Under the pieces are notes generated by a model. The model was not told where the DNA came from and ran no database searches. It saw only the letters and a list, made by a program, of their open reading frames with translations. Shown piece after piece: positions 60,259 through 64,000 of a stretch of 64,000 nucleotides of DNA. Both the position numbers and the translations under genes were made by a program. Origin of the DNA: Planctomycetota bacterium (GTDB lineage: Bacteria; Planctomycetota; UBA1135; UBA2386); the NCBI GenBank assembly GCA_046290465.1, contig JBKAGP010000001.1, positions 3,040,001-3,104,000 of the forward strand, written 5' to 3'. Positions within the stretch are counted from its first letter, which is position 1; the number at the start of each line of letters is the position of its first letter.

Positions 60259-62175
60259 TCAGCGCGGCACCGATGGCGTCAGGTGGTCCTGCAGGTCTCC
60301 CGAGCCGAGGCTCGCGAAGAACTCGACGATCGCCCGCGAGGCCGGCCACTCGAACGGCCGATCCTGCAGCAGGCGCGGCCGCTGTTGCGCACCCGGCCAC
60401 GCGTGGCCGCCGCCCTCGAGCGTGACGACCCAGACCGGCGTCGGCTGCTGGTCGCCCTTCTTGCGCACGTACTTCGCGACGCGAACGCCGCCGCGCGCGG
60501 CTTCGTCCGGGTAGGCGAGCAGGCCGTTGCGCTCGACGTAGTAGTCGACCGCGTCCTGCAGCGACGCGTCGACCCGACGGCTGCGACCGGCGCCGGTCTC
60601 GCCGCCGCCGATGCGCACGTGCTCGTCCTTGCTGCCGTGGATCATCAGCACCGCGATCGGCGTCGACGCGTCGACCCCGGTCAGGTTCATCGCGCCGGCG
60701 ACCGGCGCGATGCCCTGGAACACGTCGGCCGCCTCGCGCGCCAGACGATGGCACATCATGCCGCCGTTGCTGTGGCCGGTGACGTAGACGCGGCTCGCGT
60801 CGATCGCCACGCGCTTCTGGATGTCGGCGACGACCGTCTTGCAGAAGTCCACGTCGTCGATGTCGTTGCGCGCCGCGTAGACGTCGATGCCGCCCGCGTT
60901 CCAGGTCAGCAGCTTCTTCGGCAGGCGCCCGGTGCCGTCCGGGAACGCGACCACGAAGCCCTTCTCGATGCCGACCTTGTCGAGGTCGGTGACCGCGCGC
61001 GCGTGCTCGCCGTTGCCGCCGCCTCCGTGCAGCACCAGCAGCAACGGCAGACCCGCCTGGTTCTGATCGTGCGGCGGAACGTGCAGGTGGTAGCGACGAT
61101 CGCGGCCGCCGTGACGGAGCTGCACGGTCTCGGCCGTGCCGACGACCTGCGGCGAGACCACCGCCGCATCGATCGCCTCGAACACCGGCCGCAGCTGCCG
61201 GCGCACGACCGCACCGCGGTCGCGCACCGCGAACACGCCGCCGTGGCTGCGATCCGGCGCGATCCACGGCGTGAAGCCGAACGCGCCGGGATCGCTCAGG
61301 CGAACGACCTCGTCGCCGTCCATCTCGATCCACGTGCCGAGCCCGTAGCGCGCGTCGTCGGCACCGGCGGGCGCCCGCACGACCACGCGCGGCGGCACCT
61401 GGTCGCGCAGCATCTCGTCGATCGCCTTGCGCCCCAGCACCTGCTCGCCGTGCCAGCGGCCGTCGGCGAGCAGCATGCGCACGAAGCGCGTGTAGTCGTT
61501 GAGCGTCGAGACCGCACCGCCTGCGACCCACGGCAGCGCCGCCTTGCCGGGTTCGGCCGCGATCGGATGCAGCGCGCCGAAGTGCGTGTCGCGCATGCCG
61601 AGCCGATCGCCGATCCGCTTGCGGAACAGCTCGTGCCAGCTCTCGCCGGTGGCCCGCACTGCACACAGCGCGACGACCTGGAAGCCGACGCCGCCGTAAC
61701 GGAACGCGTCGTTGGGGCCCGTGCGCAGCGCCTCGTCCGCAGCCTCCTCGGCGAAGCGATCCATGTCCCAGCCGCGCATGCGGTCGTTCATCCGCGCCGG
61801 CAGGCCGCTGACGCACGACAGGCACTGGCGCAGCGTCACGCGCCGCTTGTCGTCACGGTCGAACTCGGCCACGTAGCGCGCCACCGGATGCTCGAGCTGC
61901 AGCGTGCCGTCCTCGACCAGCGTCATGATCGTCGCGACCGCCAGCCACTTGCTCGCCGATGCGATCGGGATCACCTGGTCGGCGGCGAACTGGCCGTGCA
62001 GGCTGCGGTGCAGTTCGCGGCCGCCCCGGAACACGGTCAGGCCGGCGCCGTCGGCGCGCAGGACCTTGACGGCGCGATCGGCCGCGGCGCGCACGCCTTC
62101 GAGTTCGGTGGACTGCGCGGCGAGCGACAGCATGGTCGCGAGCAGCGAACAACAGACGGTCAGGATGTGGCGCAT
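60259..62175 (-). CDS. Beta-lactamase-like serine hydrolase fused to PHB-depolymerase/LpqC-like esterase
   Basis: SxxK in IASASKW; second domain LVLHGGGG, GHSNGG, HGSKD, GGGHAWPG. Confidence 0.85.
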   Translation of the reverse strand: MRHILTVCCSLLATMLSLAAQSTELEGVRAAADRAVKVLRADGAGLTVFRGGRELHRSLHGQFAADQVIPIASASKWLAVATIMTLVEDGTLQLEHPVARYVAEFDRDDKRRVTLRQCLSCVSGLPARMNDRMRGWDMDRFAEEAADEALRTGPNDAFRYGGVGFQVVALCAVRATGESWHELFRKRIGDRLGMRDTHFGALHPIAAEPGKAALPWVAGGAVSTLNDYTRFVRMLLADGRWHGEQVLGRKAIDEMLRDQVPPRVVVRAPAGADDARYGLGTWIEMDGDEVVRLSDPGAFGFTPWIAPDRSHGGVFAVRDRGAVVRRQLRPVFEAIDAAVVSPQVVGTAETVQLRHGGRDRRYHLHVPPHDQNQAGLPLLLVLHGGGGNGEHARAVTDLDKVGIEKGFVVAFPDGTGRLPKKLLTWNAGGIDVYAARNDIDDVDFCKTVVADIQKRVAIDASRVYVTGHSNGGMMCHRLAREAADVFQGIAPVAGAMNLTGVDASTPIAVLMIHGSKDEHVRIGGGETGAGRSRRVDASLQDAVDYYVERNGLLAYPDEAARGGVRVAKYVRKKGDQQPTPVWVVTLEGGGHAWPGAQQRPRLLQDRPFEWPASRAIVEFFASLGSGDLQDHLTPSVPR

Positions 62176-62343
62176 ACCCCCTCCTTATCGGCAGGTCGCC
62201 CCGCGGGGACGGAGCAGTTCGAACAGCTTCGCAGCCATGGGCGGAACGCGACCCCGGCACCTGCGCTGGGCCGCCCCGGCCGTCGGCCACGCCCGGTCTC
62301 TTTGGCCCGTCAGCAGCGCCGACACAACCCCACGAACCGAACG

Positions 62344-62478
62344 ATGTCGTCTTCCCGGCGGATCTTCCGCATCGCCGTCCTGGCCATCCTCGGCCTGTCC
62401 CTGACCGCCTGCCACTTCCACCGCCACGGCTGCGGCCGCGGCTTCCGCTACCACGCTCCGGCCCGCATCTGTCGTTGA
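62344..62478 (+). CDS. Small (44 aa) putative lipoprotein
   Basis: Basic N-region, hydrophobic core, lipobox LTAC, His/Arg-rich mature peptide. Confidence 0.55.
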   Translation: MSSSRRIFRIAVLAILGLSLTACHFHRHGCGRGFRYHAPARICR

Positions 62479-62504
62479 CCGGCCCCTCCCCGTAGCCTGC
62501 GCGC

Positions 62505-62900
62505 ATGCAGGCAACCCCACCTCGCAGCGCCGGCTTCGCGCTGCCCACCGGCGCGCTGCTCGGCGGCCTCGCCGTCGCGCTCGGCGCCTTCGGCGCCCAC
62601 GCCATGAAGAGCAGCTACGACGAGGTCGCGCTGCGCACGTTCGAGGTCGGCGTGCGATACCAGATGTACCACGCGCTCGCCCTGGTCGGCTGCGGCGCCC
62701 TGCATGCGCTCGGCTTGCGCACCCGGGCCGCATCGCTGCTGTTCGTCGTCGGCGTGCTGCTGTTCAGCGGCTCCCTCTACGGCCTGGCGCTCGCCGACCT
62801 GCGCTGGCTCGGGCCGGTCACGCCGATCGGCGGCGTCGCGTTTCTGGCCGGCTGGATCGCGCTCGCGATTGGGGTTCGGAAACGTGCGGACGCGTCCTAG
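62505..62900 (+). CDS. DUF423 membrane protein
   Basis: GAFGAH, YQMYHALAL, LFSGSLY, GPVTPIGG. Confidence 0.92.
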   Translation: MQATPPRSAGFALPTGALLGGLAVALGAFGAHAMKSSYDEVALRTFEVGVRYQMYHALALVGCGALHALGLRTRAASLLFVVGVLLFSGSLYGLALADLRWLGPVTPIGGVAFLAGWIALAIGVRKRADAS

Positions 62901-62910
62901 ACTCGCGGTC

Positions 62911-63144
62911 ATGCACGTGACCATCGAATACTGCGTGGTTTGAAACTACCTGCCGACGGCGTCCGGTCTGGCCGCCGCGATCGAGTCCGCGCACCCGGAT
63001 GCCACCGTCGAGAAGATCCCGGGCGGCAAGGGCGACTTCGTGGTCAAGGTCGACGGCCGCGAACTGTGGGACAAGCGCGCCCACGCAGAGACGCGGTTCC
63101 CCGAGCACGACGAGATCCTGTCGCAGCTGGCGCCGGGTTCGTAG
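62911..63144 (+). CDS. Rdx/SelW-like selenoprotein (CxxU), 77 aa
   Basis: MHVTIEYCVV-TGA-NYLPTASGLAAAI...IPGGKGDFVVKVDG..LWDK....RFPEHDEI, TAG at 63142-63144; SECIS-like hairpin after TGA. Confidence 0.9.
62958..62976 (+). promoter_or_regulatory. Bacterial SECIS-like hairpin
   Basis: GGCGTCC-GGTCT-GGCCGCC; loop starts 21 nt after the TGA at 62941-62943. Confidence 0.7.
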
Positions 63145-63160
63145 CGGCGCGCGGCCGCCA

Positions 63161-63247
63161 CTAGGAGCGCGTCCATGTAGTGGACGCGCTGCCAACCGTG
63201 ATCGCGGAAGCGGCGTGTAGGCGTGTGGACGGGGCTTTGCCCGCTAG
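63161..63247. repeat. REP/MITE-like element copy 2
   Basis: 78/83 identity to 7905-7987; bounded by CTAG at both ends. Confidence 0.85.
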
Positions 63248-63930
63248 GGCCGACGGAACCGCAGAAAGTAGTTCTCCTCGAGGCCGAGCGGCACCTCCTC
63301 CTCGAGCACGAAGCCGGCGTCGGTGACCTCGCGCACGACCTGCTGCTTGCCGCAGCGCACGTGGTCGAGCAGCCATTCGCGCGTCTTGCCGGGGATGCGT
63401 TCGAAGTCGACGATCACCAGCGAGCCGCCGGGCCGCAGCGCGCGGTGGATCGACGCCAGCGTCGCCGACGGATACTCGAAGTGGTGGTAGGTATCGCACG
63501 TGAACACGGTGTCGACCGACCCCTCCGGCAGCGACACGTCGCGGTCGGTGCAGAGCACGGCCTCGACCATCGGCTGGTTGCGTGCCCTGGTGCGCTCACG
63601 CAGGTTCGCGACGAACTTCGGCGAGATCTCGACGGCGTAGACCTTGCCGGCGTCGGTCACGTCGCGCGCGAAGAAGTCGAGGAACAGGCCGGTACCGGCG
63701 CCGACGTCGGCGACCGCCATGCCGGGCCGCAGCCCGACGGCACGTGCGATTGCGGTCCGCCTGACGAACACCTCGCGGTTGTCGGCCTCGAATCGGGCGA
63801 CGAACTTGTCGACCTCGAGGTTCGGATCGAGGAAGTTCGTGTTGATGCCGGGCTTGGCGCTCTGCTCCTCGGGAGCCGAGCTGCAGGCACAGAGCGCGAT
63901 GGCGACGAGCGAGGACAGCATGGGGCGCAT
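63244..63930 (-). CDS. Class I SAM-dependent methyltransferase with lipoprotein-like signal
   Basis: VADVGAGTG, VYAVEI, DTYHHF, ALRPGG; N-terminal VAIALCAC. Confidence 0.88.
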   Translation of the reverse strand: MRPMLSSLVAIALCACSSAPEEQSAKPGINTNFLDPNLEVDKFVARFEADNREVFVRRTAIARAVGLRPGMAVADVGAGTGLFLDFFARDVTDAGKVYAVEISPKFVANLRERTRARNQPMVEAVLCTDRDVSLPEGSVDTVFTCDTYHHFEYPSATLASIHRALRPGGSLVIVDFERIPGKTREWLLDHVRCGKQQVVREVTDAGFVLEEEVPLGLEENYFLRFRRP

Positions 63931-64000
63931 CCGCAAGATCGTATCGAGGCCGCTACGGATCTCGATCGTAACGCCCGCCGAACGCGGCAGCCGCGCCGGC

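Noticed and set aside
62704..62943. 79-aa ORF ending at TGA 62943
   Set aside because: Only its last 10 codons are real; they are the N-terminus of the selenoprotein, and the TGA is most likely Sec.

Overview
High-GC bacterial chromosomal window with about 55 protein genes. The secreted FG-GAP/Kelch/choice-of-anchor proteins and the ThuA/DUF1080/heme-c propeller genes suggest a Planctomycetota-like organism (inference). All family assignments come from motif recognition by eye; no searches were run. Main points: (1) a 3'-half tRNA-Gly(CCC) copy at 241-285 that looks like the att end of an integrated element lying to the left; (2) a SWIM-SNF2 ATPase beside an XPB/Rad25-Bax1(DUF790) pair in which the XPB homolog has lost its ATPase motifs while Bax1 keeps nuclease residues; (3) three unrelated secreted proteins sharing a C-terminal 'LPNDxxLxG..Q' domain; (4) an ImmA/IrrE peptidase coupled to a 2-TM protein; (5) lipoprotein KatG behind tandem Fur-family-like boxes; (6) a probable glycoside oxidation module whose epimerase lacks its stop codon; (7) a trans-3-hydroxyproline pathway pair; (8) a membrane-lipid cluster (desaturase, PS decarboxylase, Mpo1-like protein, membrane class-III aminotransferase, PHP-GT4 fusion, PmtA-like methyltransferase); (9) a two-copy 83-bp CTAG-bounded REP/MITE-like element; (10) a CxxU Rdx/SelW selenoprotein with a SECIS that the ORF track splits at TGA.
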